A program made the translations under genes and the position numbers. Below the pieces are notes generated by a model that worked only from the letters and a program-made list of their open reading frames with translations, had not been told where the DNA came from and searched no databases. Source: an uncultured Gammaproteobacteria bacterium (GTDB taxonomy: Bacteria; Cyanobacteriota; Vampirovibrionia; JBFMGH01). From it: a stretch of DNA of 64,000 nt. Shown piece by piece: positions 39,726 through 49,537 of this stretch (position 1 is its first letter; each line of letters starts with the position of its first letter). The stretch is from contig CAZFBA010000008.1 of assembly GCA_964517135.1 (NCBI GenBank), positions 40,064 to 104,063 on the forward strand. Direction: 5' to 3'.

Positions 39726-42536
39726 TTATGTTTCCTGTTTGACAGGGATTACTATTGTGAAAGTGCTTCCTTTGCCGGGTTTGCTATCAACAAGTATCTG
39801 GCCTTTGTGCTTTTCAATGATTTGATAGCAAATTGATAGGCCCAGGCCCGTTCCAACTCCTACGCCTTTGGTAGTAAAACCTGGGTCAAATAGCTTTTTC
39901 ATGTGTTCTTCGCTGATTCCTGATCCTGTATCACTTATTGCAACAGAGACACTGTTGTTTATACAGCTGGTAGATATACTTATTGTACCTTTGTCAGTAA
40001 TACTCTGGTAGGCGTTGATTATTATGTTCATAAATACCTGATTTAGCAGGTTGGGATAGCATTCTATGGGTGGGAGATCGCCATACCGGGTATTGATATT
40101 TATTTTATCCTTTAGCTCATGCCGGATAAGCTGAAGAGTACTTTCTATTCCTTCGTGGATATTGACTGTTTTCAGATCTGACTCATCAAGCCTTGCAAAG
40201 TTTTTAAGGCTCTTAACAATCTCTTTTATTCTGTCAGTGGCCAGTATATTAATTTTATTTGTCTCATCTATTAGTGATACCAGCTGTTTTATTTTGTTGA
40301 TATCTGCTATTTCTTCTGAAAGTGCTTTCTGTATTTTATCTGTGCATTTCTTAAAAATACTGTTGTTAGAGGCAATTGAACCGACCGGTGTATTTATTTC
40401 ATGGGCTACACCAGCAACAAGCTGACCCAGTGATGCCATTTTTTCTGATTGTATGAGTTGAGCTTGTGTTTCTTTTAGCTTCTTTAAGGTTATTTCTAGT
40501 TCAGTTTTTTGTTTTTGTGTCTGTTCAAAAAGTATAGCCTGACTTACTGTTACTGTTATCTGGTCAGTTAGTATTTTAAGAAGATTTAAATCATCTGTAT
40601 GCCAGTCACGCTGTGCTGAAGCATCAGCAATAATTATGATACCTACTTCTCTATCCTGGTGTGTGATGGGGTCTTTTATATTTACAGGTGTCAGCAGGAT
40701 CGTATTAACAAGATTATCTTCCATAAAGCTTTTTATGTCTTCAGAAAGAAGCTTATCTGTTTGTTTCCATATAGTGATATCTCTGTTTTTAAGTGTATCA
40801 GTATTAAGTTTATCTTCAAGAAAACTCTCAAAATTGCTGTTAATGGAACTTTTATCATTGTTACTATATTCATAGATTGAATATTCTCTATTAGCTTCGC
40901 TGTAGTACCTGAAAAGGCAGTGTTTTACATTAAGTGTTTGGCCTAATTCTTTAACCGTAGTGTTTAAGACATCTTCAATTTTTAGAGACTTTCTGATAGA
41001 GCTGACAATTTGATTTATAAGTGTTTCTTTAAGAGCCTGAGTTTGTGTTTTCCAGTATAATTTAGCATTTTCTACTGCTATGGCAATCTGACCGGCTATT
41101 TGAGACATTATTTCGATGTCTGAGTCTGAATAACGGTTTTCTATCTGGCTGCCAACATAAAATATACCTGTAACTACCCCTTTGTTGATCATGGGTATTA
41201 TTATAGCTGACTTGATACCGCTTTTTTTTAATAGTGTTGTATCAGTAAACTGCTCATCATTGCTGATATCTAACATGACAGGCTTGAGATTATCGATGGC
41301 CCAGCTAATGGCGCTTCCGCTTATGATCAGAGGGCCAGTTCTTAATATATCTACCTGGCCGGTGTTTTTGATACGGGCAAAGAGTTTTATCTGTTGTGAT
41401 TTTTCATCAAGAGTGGCAATGCTGGCCCTGTCAAACTCTATAAGTCTTCTTATTTCTCTTCCGATGGTTTTCAGGACATCATCGATTATGAGCGTAGAGT
41501 TTACAGATTTTAAAATTTCATTTAGTACTGATATCTTGATGTTTTTAGATGTAGTATCTTCAAAAAGCCTGGCGTTTTTAATTGATATTGATATCTGATC
41601 TGCAATAGATTGAACCAGATTTATTTCTTCCGGGTGCCAGTCTTTATTTTTTCTGATTAGTAAGAGTATTGCAAAAAGTTCTTCATGGTGTATTACAGGT
41701 ACTATGAGCTTGTATTTTGTTGCCTGTATTTGATTTCCGGGATCTGTATGGATTCCAGTTGCAGGTCTATGAGTATCGAGCACTTCTTGCATATAGAAAT
41801 CGTTGTTGATATTAATTGTCTGGTTTAGATGTTCTGTTTTCCCTGATACTGTATATTCCTGTGTTATTGGCAATTCTGTTTCTCCTGGTATATTCTTGAT
41901 GAGTAGGGTGCTATCGGTGCCCAGGGTTTTACCAAGTTCTTTAACAGAGGCCTGAAGTATTGTATCTATTTCCAGTGAAGTTCTTATGGATGTTGCAATC
42001 TTGTTTACCAGTGATTCTCTTATTGCCTGTGATTGTGCCTGTGACTTTAGCTGTTCATTCTCTTTGATTTTTTCTTTTAATTTCCTGTTAGTTTCTTCCA
42101 GATCTTTATAGGCAATGTTGTAGTCTTTTAGAATCTTTTCTGAGAATGTTATGAGATAACCTGTATTCTCTATATAGTATGATTTAATTGTATAAAGTAA
42201 CTTGATGTCAGGTGAATATTCATATTCTGCTTCAATTGTACAGTTAATAGGGCTTTCAAGTATTACTGTAAAAGGAGAATAGTTTGCAATATCTATGGAA
42301 TCATCTAATATACAGCTCTCAAAGTTGAATAGAAAACCTGAATCTCTTAGATTGTGAGATCCTTCCTGTAATATATTTTTTGCAGCATTGTTAGCATAAA
42401 GAATATCACCATCTGGGCTTGAAATTATTACTATATCTTTTAATCCATCGATAAAATTATTCAGCCAGTTTTCTTTTGTCACTGGTTTTGCAGCTATTTT
42501 ATCCAAGAGGTTTTTCAGTATACTTTCTGTGTTCAC
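39726..42536 (-). CDS. Cytoplasmic multi-sensor histidine kinase (PAS/GAF repeats + HisKA + HATPase)
   Basis: 936 aa without obvious TM segments; N-terminal PAS-like region, at least two GAF-like modules separated by coiled-coil linkers, H-box region VAHEINTPVGSIA, ATPase motifs DTGSGIS and GTGLGLSICY. Confidence 0.85.
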   Translation of the reverse strand: MNTESILKNLLDKIAAKPVTKENWLNNFIDGLKDIVIISSPDGDILYANNAAKNILQEGSHNLRDSGFLFNFESCILDDSIDIANYSPFTVILESPINCTIEAEYEYSPDIKLLYTIKSYYIENTGYLITFSEKILKDYNIAYKDLEETNRKLKEKIKENEQLKSQAQSQAIRESLVNKIATSIRTSLEIDTILQASVKELGKTLGTDSTLLIKNIPGETELPITQEYTVSGKTEHLNQTININNDFYMQEVLDTHRPATGIHTDPGNQIQATKYKLIVPVIHHEELFAILLLIRKNKDWHPEEINLVQSIADQISISIKNARLFEDTTSKNIKISVLNEILKSVNSTLIIDDVLKTIGREIRRLIEFDRASIATLDEKSQQIKLFARIKNTGQVDILRTGPLIISGSAISWAIDNLKPVMLDISNDEQFTDTTLLKKSGIKSAIIIPMINKGVVTGIFYVGSQIENRYSDSDIEIMSQIAGQIAIAVENAKLYWKTQTQALKETLINQIVSSIRKSLKIEDVLNTTVKELGQTLNVKHCLFRYYSEANREYSIYEYSNNDKSSINSNFESFLEDKLNTDTLKNRDITIWKQTDKLLSEDIKSFMEDNLVNTILLTPVNIKDPITHQDREVGIIIIADASAQRDWHTDDLNLLKILTDQITVTVSQAILFEQTQKQKTELEITLKKLKETQAQLIQSEKMASLGQLVAGVAHEINTPVGSIASNNSIFKKCTDKIQKALSEEIADINKIKQLVSLIDETNKINILATDRIKEIVKSLKNFARLDESDLKTVNIHEGIESTLQLIRHELKDKININTRYGDLPPIECYPNLLNQVFMNIIINAYQSITDKGTISISTSCINNSVSVAISDTGSGISEEHMKKLFDPGFTTKGVGVGTGLGLSICYQIIEKHKGQILVDSKPGKGSTFTIVIPVKQET

Positions 42537-42756
42537 CCGAACTCCCTGCTTTGCCTGCTTTGAGGCTTATGACTGTTTAATTTTAGTTTCTTCTTTATTT
42601 TATCTTCAAGTAAGCAAGAAAAAAAGTTGAGCTTCAAATGGAGTATTTGACATGATTTTTCCATGTTATACATGTATAAACTTTTTAAATATGCTTTTAA
42701 TAAAGGATTCGTTTGTTGTGTTTTAAATAAACAAAGTTAAAGGGGTACCGGGTAGG

Positions 42757-42772
42757 CCTGAATGCATTCAGG
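42757..42772. repeat. Perfect 16-bp palindrome CCTGAATGCATTCAGG in a GC-rich island of the divergent intergenic region
   Basis: Read directly from the sequence; KpnI-like GGTACC lies just upstream. Possible operator; not statistically compelling alone. Confidence 0.3.
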
Positions 42773-42999
42773 TGTGCTGATACATGGATTATTGTAACGC
42801 TTTTTGTCTTTGTATTACTCTTATATTCGCTCTTTTAGTTTTTTATTTCTGGTTATGAATAGCTATTTTTGATGAATTTTGGTTTAAACTTATAAAAAGA
42901 AAGAGCATAAGTGGTTTTTGACTGAAATCCTTTATAAGAATGCATTTTGATGCTTTTGATATAATAAACCAAGTATTATTAACCATAGAGGGGAATTAT

Positions 43000-43668
43000 A
43001 TGTCAACACAATTATCCGAAAAACTAGAGGCTGAATTTGTATCACTTGTGAAGCAAAGCTGGAAGACCCACCAGATCTATTTTTGGAATAACAGCGTAGA
43101 TGAAATTCTTATTGGTGCAGTTATTAACGCCAGTCTTGAAAAAGGCTATCTCCTGATAGATATTGCTTCAGAACGCCCATATCCTTATTCTGCTGCTACA
43201 ACATCCACAACAGGAGCATCTACTACAGGGGCGCCACCAACAGGCCCGATCTCTGCTATCCCTATTAATGCTCACTTTTTAAGATTTGAAAGTCCAAAAG
43301 ATAACAGTAGATTAATTTATCAGCTTGAAAGGATTACTACTGACCTTGCTGAAACGAAAGTTCTTGGTCAGCTTGCCAGAGTTACAATTGGATACGGAGA
43401 AAAGGCCAGTAACTTTAGTCAAACACTTGATATACTAAAGCAAGAGCTAAAATCAACTTTCGTAGATACAAGTGAACCCGGCATTATTACTTTCGATGCC
43501 AACATGAGTTCAGGCTATGTATATGCTCAGGTAACAATTATTATTAATATCGCCGACTATAACCTTGAGGATAAGATTAGCCATATCGACTACGATAAGC
43601 TGAATTACCACATTGAAGCGGTCGTTCACTCTCTAAAAAAATATCTAAAAGGCAGAAACATAATATAA
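43000..43668 (+). CDS. Hypothetical protein (two domains joined by a Thr/Gly/Pro-rich linker)
   Basis: ATG at 43000 preceded by AGAGGGG about 7 nt upstream (track ORF begins 42940). MSTQLSEKLEAEF...; linker SAATTSTTGASTTGAPPTGP; no family recognised. Confidence 0.55.
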   Translation: MSTQLSEKLEAEFVSLVKQSWKTHQIYFWNNSVDEILIGAVINASLEKGYLLIDIASERPYPYSAATTSTTGASTTGAPPTGPISAIPINAHFLRFESPKDNSRLIYQLERITTDLAETKVLGQLARVTIGYGEKASNFSQTLDILKQELKSTFVDTSEPGIITFDANMSSGYVYAQVTIIINIADYNLEDKISHIDYDKLNYHIEAVVHSLKKYLKGRNII

Positions 43669-43680
43669 AGGAGATTATAA

Positions 43681-44223
43681 ATGGGATTTTTTCAACTGGT
43701 ACAGGAATTTGCACACAAAAGGGAAATGCGTGAAAGCAAAGATGAAATACTCTTTGGTGAACTTATTAGATTAATGGTCAGAAATTACGGTCCACTTGTG
43801 GAACTCGAAACTTCTTCATACAGTGATCACAAACAGGCACGTTTTAGACTTCTTAATCATCCCCTGTTACATTCTGTTACCATTAAAGTAAATCGCTGGA
43901 CTGGCACAGGGGCTGTTTCAGAGGCGTTATTTGGAAGCATAGGCTCAGTCACCATAGTAGGAGAAGTTAAAAACTATGTTGCAGATCCTGATGATGTCTT
44001 AAATATGTGGAAAACAGACTTTAGTAATATTGGCAAAATACCTCTTCTAGGAGGCATAAAGGTTAATCACCAGATGAACTCTATTCTTGCAACCAAAGCA
44101 CGCAAGATAACTATCGGTGACTTCGTTAATAGCCAGCAAGAAGAACGCCAGAAACTCCAGGAAGAAATTAAAAGCGATATTAACGAGCTCTGTGAACAGC
44201 TTAAAAAGTTTAAAAAAGCCTAA
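43681..44223 (+). CDS. Hypothetical protein
   Basis: 180 aa; ATG preceded by AAAGGAG 7 nt upstream, directly after the stop of the preceding gene (operon). Coiled-coil-like C-terminus (QEERQKLQEEIKSDINELCEQLKKFKK). No family recognised. Confidence 0.55.
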   Translation: MGFFQLVQEFAHKREMRESKDEILFGELIRLMVRNYGPLVELETSSYSDHKQARFRLLNHPLLHSVTIKVNRWTGTGAVSEALFGSIGSVTIVGEVKNYVADPDDVLNMWKTDFSNIGKIPLLGGIKVNHQMNSILATKARKITIGDFVNSQQEERQKLQEEIKSDINELCEQLKKFKKA

Positions 44224-44252
44224 AATTGCTAATTATTAGTAATGATTATTGT

Positions 44253-44289
44253 ATGGCGTGGCTTTGCTACGCCATACTTGCTTTTGTAT
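44253..44289 (+). terminator. Putative intrinsic terminator
   Basis: Inverted repeat ATGGCGT-ggctttgct-ACGCCAT (7-bp stem) followed by the moderately T-rich acttgcttttgtat, 30 nt after the stop at 44223. Confidence 0.45.
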
Positions 44290-44752
44290 AATAGTATCAT
44301 TCCTTGCTGCCAATTGTATTGTAAACCAGAGATTACAATATAATTGATAATCAATAATAAGTGTAGTATTGAGATTGGCTGAATCCTGATATGTACTATA
44401 GGTGTAAAAAGTAAACCTAATTGTAACATTTACATTAATATTTATACAACTGTTTTGACTCATACCGGCCCGAATATATTAAAACAATCAGCTATATTCG
44501 CTTAAACATTTTGTTATAAACACTCGCAGAAAATGTTCCATTGTGATATGATGATAGCCACTTTTTTAGTGTTTATACAACAATTAATTTAATAAACCTG
44601 TTGGCTGAATTTATTATCCTGAAAGGTTTTTAGTGATTTTTATCCATATGAAACCAATACATAAATCTTGAAGTATTGTTAAGTTTCCTTTCTTTGCATG
44701 TCAACTTTTTCATAAAATGTGTTTTTAAACATATAGAATAATTAAGTTTTAG

Positions 44753-44784
44753 TTGACACAAAAAGGAGGGTGCATATGACATAA
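44753..44784 (+). promoter_or_regulatory. Leader element: TTGACA hexamer, strong SD (AAGGAGGG) and 2-codon mini-ORF ATG-ACA-TAA upstream of the HEAT-repeat gene
   Basis: Read directly: ttgacacaaaaaggagggtgcatATGacaTAAaagtaaagggcattAAGGAGGacctaaATG. A second SD then serves the real start at 44812. Confidence 0.35.
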
Positions 44785-44811
44785 AAGTAAAGGGCATTAA
44801 GGAGGACCTAA

Positions 44812-45663
44812 ATGGGCATTAATACAAATAAAAAGCAAAAACAAGTAGAAAAAACCTTCGACGAGTTAATATACGAGCTTCAAAACAGTCCATCCGAAAA
44901 AGTTAGATACAATGCAGCCAGAATGTTAGGCGAGTTAGGTGATTCAAGAGCAGTAGAGCCACTCATAGGTGTTTTACAGGAAGATAAAAACGGTTCTGTT
45001 CGTCTTTATGCCGCCAGAGCTTTAGGTGAATTAGGTGATATACAGGCCACTGAACCGCTGATTAACTCTTTAAAAGAAGATAGAAACGTTGATGTTCGTG
45101 TTAGAGCCGCCAGAGCGCTTGGTAAATTAGGTGGCAAAACGGTTGTAGCACCGTTAGTAGAAGCTTTAAGTGACAATAATAGTCAGGTTTGTTTAACAGC
45201 TACTGATGCATTAATAGAAATTGGCGAAATAGCTGTGGAAGCTCTTGTTGAATCTCTCTATCATGAAAAAGTTAATGTTCGCTGTGATGCAACCAGAGCA
45301 CTGGGTGAATTAGGTAACATAAAAGCTGTTGAGCCTATTATAGGAATGCTGGAAGATGAATGGGTTAATGTTAGAATCTATGCTGTTAACTCTCTTGGCA
45401 AACTGGGCGATACAAAAGCTGTTCCGGCTTTAGTAAAAGTTTTACAGGATGAATCTGAAAATGAACTCGTTAGAGCTGGCGCCGCTGCTGCACTTGGTGC
45501 ACTCAGAGATGTTAGAGCATTACTCCCTCTGAGAGAACTTATCATGGCTGCTGAAGAGCTTGGAGAACTTGAAGATACAGCTCTGAAAGCTTTCAAACAG
45601 ATTATGGCTGCCAACTGGAAAAATGTTCCTGGCGCTACAAATAAAAAAGCCATAAATAAATAG
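44812..45663 (+). CDS. HEAT-repeat protein (PBS-lyase HEAT-like repeats)
   Basis: 283 aa; tandem ~31-aa repeats of the form VR..AARALGELGD..AVEPLI..L.D (at least six), typical of PBS-lyase-type HEAT repeats. Confidence 0.85.
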   Translation: MGINTNKKQKQVEKTFDELIYELQNSPSEKVRYNAARMLGELGDSRAVEPLIGVLQEDKNGSVRLYAARALGELGDIQATEPLINSLKEDRNVDVRVRAARALGKLGGKTVVAPLVEALSDNNSQVCLTATDALIEIGEIAVEALVESLYHEKVNVRCDATRALGELGNIKAVEPIIGMLEDEWVNVRIYAVNSLGKLGDTKAVPALVKVLQDESENELVRAGAAAALGALRDVRALLPLRELIMAAEELGELEDTALKAFKQIMAANWKNVPGATNKKAINK

Positions 45664-45686
45664 ATTTAAAAAGGTTTTACAATTAT

Positions 45687-45718
45687 CAAAAAATACGTCT
45701 GATGGCGTATTTTTTGTG
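45687..45718 (+). terminator. Putative intrinsic terminator
   Basis: AAAAAATACG-tctgatgg-CGTATTTTTT hairpin (10-bp, A/U-rich stem) with U tract, about 25 nt after the HEAT gene stop. Confidence 0.45.
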
Positions 45719-45762
45719 TTATTGTGGTTTCTGGCTTTTAACTTACAGACAGAGGTAGATAA

Positions 45763-46809
45763 ATGTTAATTGTAATGAACCACAACGCAACCGAACAGCA
45801 AATAGAAAGAGTTCTTACACTTGTAAATCAGTTTGGTTTTGATATACACAGGTCTTCAGGTAAGACTAATACGGTTATTGGCGTTGTTGGTGAGAATACA
45901 CATAAGGTTGATCATCGTGTCTTCGAGCTCCTTGATGGAGTCAGGGAGGTTATAAAAATATCGTCACCCTATAAACTGGCCTCAAGAGCATTTAAAGAAG
46001 AAGACACAATTGTAAAAGTAAGTCAGAACACATCTATTGGTTCTTCAGAAATAATAATTATGGCTGGTCCCTGTGCTGTTGAGTCGAAAGAATGCCTTCA
46101 ATCCACAGCAGACTGTGTTAAGGTGGCTGGTGCAAAGGTACTAAGAGGCGGGGCCTTTAAACCACGTACTTCACCCTATGCCTTTCAGGGCCTGGGAGAA
46201 GAAGGTCTTCAATATCTCAGAGAAACTGCTGATAAACTGGGTATGGCTGTTGTGTCTGAGGTTATGGAAATCAGTCAGATTGAATTGTTCCTTAAATATG
46301 TTGATATTATTCAAGTCGGAGCAAGAAATATGCAGAACTTTAACCTCTTAAAAGAACTGGGACAGGTTAAAAAGCCGGTTATGCTCAAAAGAGGTCTCTC
46401 TGCGACCATAAAAGAGCTTTTGATGTCTGCGGAATACATCCTGTCGGGCGGCAATAATGATGTTATACTCTGTGAGAGAGGTATCAGAACCTTTGAAAAT
46501 TCAACACGAAATACGCTTGATATATCAGCAATACCGGTCATTAAATCCTGGAGTCACCTGCCTATAGTAGTAGATCCCAGCCATGCTACAGGTCTGAGAG
46601 ATAAAGTAGCACCGATGGCCAGAGCTGCTATTGCAGCGGGTGCTGATGGGCTAATTATAGAAGTGCACTGTGATCCTGATATGGCACGCTGTGACGGCGC
46701 TCAGTCACTTTATCCACAGCAGTTTAAACAGCTGATGAGAGAACTTAGTATCATTTCGCCTGCGGTTGGCCGGGAAATTAACACAAATGTAGTCGAAAAG
46801 GCTTTTTGA
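45763..46809 (+). CDS. aroF: 3-deoxy-7-phosphoheptulonate (DAHP) synthase, AroF/KDOPS-like class with N-terminal regulatory domain
   Basis: 348 aa; N-terminal ACT/ferredoxin-like domain, then TIM-barrel catalytic core (IMAGPCAVES..., KVLRGGAFKPRTSPY, DIIQVGARNMQNF, KRG). ATG with AGAGG upstream. Confidence 0.85.
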   Translation: MLIVMNHNATEQQIERVLTLVNQFGFDIHRSSGKTNTVIGVVGENTHKVDHRVFELLDGVREVIKISSPYKLASRAFKEEDTIVKVSQNTSIGSSEIIIMAGPCAVESKECLQSTADCVKVAGAKVLRGGAFKPRTSPYAFQGLGEEGLQYLRETADKLGMAVVSEVMEISQIELFLKYVDIIQVGARNMQNFNLLKELGQVKKPVMLKRGLSATIKELLMSAEYILSGGNNDVILCERGIRTFENSTRNTLDISAIPVIKSWSHLPIVVDPSHATGLRDKVAPMARAAIAAGADGLIIEVHCDPDMARCDGAQSLYPQQFKQLMRELSIISPAVGREINTNVVEKAF

Positions 46810-46977
46810 TTTAAGATAAGGCTTTGAACAACGCTTCCTGGGGTATTATTTCTCCGGAAGAGTGTTATCTAATTTGAAAAATGAAAATAAAAAACTTGAT
46901 ATCAGCTTTAAGCACTAACTTCTACTAGAACATGACTGTTGATAGCAACTGGTATGATAGTTATTTATCCGTTTTGA

Positions 46978-49230
46978 TTAATAGAAATTGACGACTTTTT
47001 TAGCTTCTTCAGCGCCTTCTGTGCTGCCTGTGCTGAACAGGTTCAGGTATTGATCTAAGCTGCCGCTTTCTTTCCAGCTGAAGTTTTCCTGCATAGCGTT
47101 GTAAGCAATTTTATTGAAGCTTTCAGGCTTATTATAGAACATTCTGATGGCATCTTTAAGTGATTGATTATAGCTTCTGGCTGATTTTTGGAGGTTTTGT
47201 TTGGATGCGGCTTTGTCTCCAGGCACTTCAGGAACGTATTCTTTTGACAGGAAGCCTGTTTTACCATCAACAATAGTATTTGATAACCCTCCAGTTGGTG
47301 TTGCGACAGGTATGTTACCTTTTGCCATGGCCTGTAGTTGCCCCAGACCGCAGGGTTCAAATTTACTGGGCATAATGAACATATCGCCAGCAGCCTGAAT
47401 CATATGCATTAGGTCTACGCTGAAGGCGTTCATAAATACGACACGCTTTGATAATTCGGGCGGTAATTGTTTTTTAAGGGCATTTAATTTGTTTTCATCT
47501 CCACCATTACCGAGAATAACAACTACTGGTAGTGGTTTAGTTTTGTCTACTGGCCTTGTTAAGACATTTCTAATAGCAGCAGCTGTCAGGTCAATGCCTT
47601 TTTGGCCTTCAAGACGGCTAACCATGGTTAATAAAGGTGTCTTTTCAATTTCACTTTCTTTTAAAAATTCAAGTTTGCTGCCGTCTGTAGATTTAACACC
47701 CAGGTATTTTTCATCTTCAAAGGCTCCCTGTTGAAGCAGTTTGATGAAAGCCTTTTTGTTGTGTGTTTTTGCTTCAATAAAGTCTTCTAAAGATGTTTGC
47801 CTGCTGTATAATTTAAATTCAGGAAGGTCTGTTTTGCCGCTCTGCTCTTTGTATGCGGCTAGCTTGCCATAAACTTTCTTTGCCAGTCCTCCGTCAGGGG
47901 CGATACCGCCCTGTCCGATACCATTGACAATACCAGTGAGGTTGCCTGCTTTGTGTCTGCTATCAAGCACACTGACAAAGTCATAGCCGAAGAATTTGTC
48001 TGTGGCTATTTCTCTGGCATAGTTTGGAGAAACAGCTATTACTGCATCAGCAAGTGCCAGGCCGTGAATAGCAGCATTGTAAGTGTCTCTTACCATAACA
48101 GATTTTGGTGAAGGGTATTTCTGGAGGTTCTTTTTGCCGCCTTCTACGATTGATTCAGTCATATTGGGCATATAGGAGTTTGTGAATACACTGTCTGCAT
48201 AGTCTTCATATAGCATATTGAGTATCTTTGAAGTGTTTTTATTATCCCAGCCCTGATATTCAAGGTTATGAACAGTGTAAACAATGGGCAATTCTTTCAG
48301 TTCATTAGCAATATTCTGGCTTATACCGTCTTTATTGGCAGCTTTAGCGGGCATTAAGACTTTTAATTGAGCTGCCAGCGGACCGGCATGCCAGTCATTT
48401 GCATCGATGACATTTGGTGCATCTTCAGGATTCGTTTCTTTAAGTTCTTTAATATAATATGCAGTGGCTTTTGAGAGGAATGCAAATCGTTCAGACTCTT
48501 CTACGCCTGATTTATTTTTTATGTATGGTGTTACTTTTTTCCCATCATTGGGAAGCCCACCGAAAAATTCTTCATTTTGCAGGAACCTGTACTCTGTTCC
48601 GTTTAGTTCACCCTTTAAGACTCTAACTGTTGTAGATTTACCATCACCTATCGGGACGTTTACTGCAACACCTGTATCAACCAGGTTGATTGATCCACCC
48701 ATAGGCTTGCTGGTATAAGTATATGTACCATTTTTGTTGTCAGTTAATTTAACAAGATCGCCGCTTTCATAAAGTGGCTGTACGATGGTCATTTTAGCAC
48801 CCTGACTGTTAAATTCTTTGTTGAAGGCTTCAGGTAGGTCTACAGCAACGTCACCAAGGCCGCCAGTTTTCATGAATGTTTTTGTTTCAGAAGTTACCAT
48901 CCATACGTTAGGCGTTGAAACATTCCAGGAGGGCTTTGATGTTATTTGTGATGATGCAATACCCCTTACTTCAGGCACCATTTCCTGTGGGATTCTCTTT
49001 GATGAGTTGAGTTCTAATTTATAATTCGGATAAGTCTTTACTTTGCCGTCGTTTTGGGGTTTTGCGCCAAAAGAAATAAAGTTCAAGTATCCTAAAAAGT
49101 TTAAATCACCGGCTGATTTCTGCTGAATGGTTTCTTGTACTGGTTTATGGGCATTTTGAAATGGGTTTGCTTTGAAGGCTGGGCCTGTGGTGACCTTCTT
49201 TGCCGGGAAGATAGTGTTATTGATATCCAT
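46978..49230 (-). CDS. glgA: Glycogen/starch synthase-like GT5 glycosyltransferase, unusually long (750 aa)
   Basis: KTGGLGDV motif (FMKTGGLGDVAVDLPEAF) and C-terminal MPSKFEPCGLGQLQAMAKGNIPVATPTGGL (cf. SRFEPCGL..Q..A...G..PV...TGGL). About 110-aa N-terminal extension, internal insertions and a long C-terminal tail. Confidence 0.7.
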   Translation of the reverse strand: MDINNTIFPAKKVTTGPAFKANPFQNAHKPVQETIQQKSAGDLNFLGYLNFISFGAKPQNDGKVKTYPNYKLELNSSKRIPQEMVPEVRGIASSQITSKPSWNVSTPNVWMVTSETKTFMKTGGLGDVAVDLPEAFNKEFNSQGAKMTIVQPLYESGDLVKLTDNKNGTYTYTSKPMGGSINLVDTGVAVNVPIGDGKSTTVRVLKGELNGTEYRFLQNEEFFGGLPNDGKKVTPYIKNKSGVEESERFAFLSKATAYYIKELKETNPEDAPNVIDANDWHAGPLAAQLKVLMPAKAANKDGISQNIANELKELPIVYTVHNLEYQGWDNKNTSKILNMLYEDYADSVFTNSYMPNMTESIVEGGKKNLQKYPSPKSVMVRDTYNAAIHGLALADAVIAVSPNYAREIATDKFFGYDFVSVLDSRHKAGNLTGIVNGIGQGGIAPDGGLAKKVYGKLAAYKEQSGKTDLPEFKLYSRQTSLEDFIEAKTHNKKAFIKLLQQGAFEDEKYLGVKSTDGSKLEFLKESEIEKTPLLTMVSRLEGQKGIDLTAAAIRNVLTRPVDKTKPLPVVVILGNGGDENKLNALKKQLPPELSKRVVFMNAFSVDLMHMIQAAGDMFIMPSKFEPCGLGQLQAMAKGNIPVATPTGGLSNTIVDGKTGFLSKEYVPEVPGDKAASKQNLQKSARSYNQSLKDAIRMFYNKPESFNKIAYNAMQENFSWKESGSLDQYLNLFSTGSTEGAEEAKKVVNFY

Positions 49231-49537
49231 TGCCTTACTCCGTATTGTGAAGATAATTTGTTTTTTTGACCTCTAATGGGGGATACTTTTTTAAGGGTTG
49301 TAAATATGTCATTGTGCTAAATTCCCTCCAATGAGTTACATTTTGTTACACCCTGGAGCAGTTCTTTTTGAAGGCTTTTGTGAAGTAATACATACGTATT
49401 GATAACCATTTGCCTTAATACCACAAAATTATCATTTGATAGAACTTTTATATGTTAATATTTTTGCCTTATTGCCAAAACTGAGATAGAGTTTTAATGA
49501 TCCTGTAAAGAGTTTGAGGGGTGAAAACAGTCTGATT

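Noticed and set aside
44229-44463. Two overlapping minus-strand ORFs (66 and 75 aa) in the long spacer
   Set aside because: AT-rich, no RBS, Ile/Leu/Asn-rich translations; treated as non-coding though an sRNA cannot be excluded.
46810-46977. Possible terminator hairpin (CTTCCTGG...CCGGAAG) between aroF and the glgA-like gene
   Set aside because: Stem is imperfect and not followed by a T tract; too weak to call.
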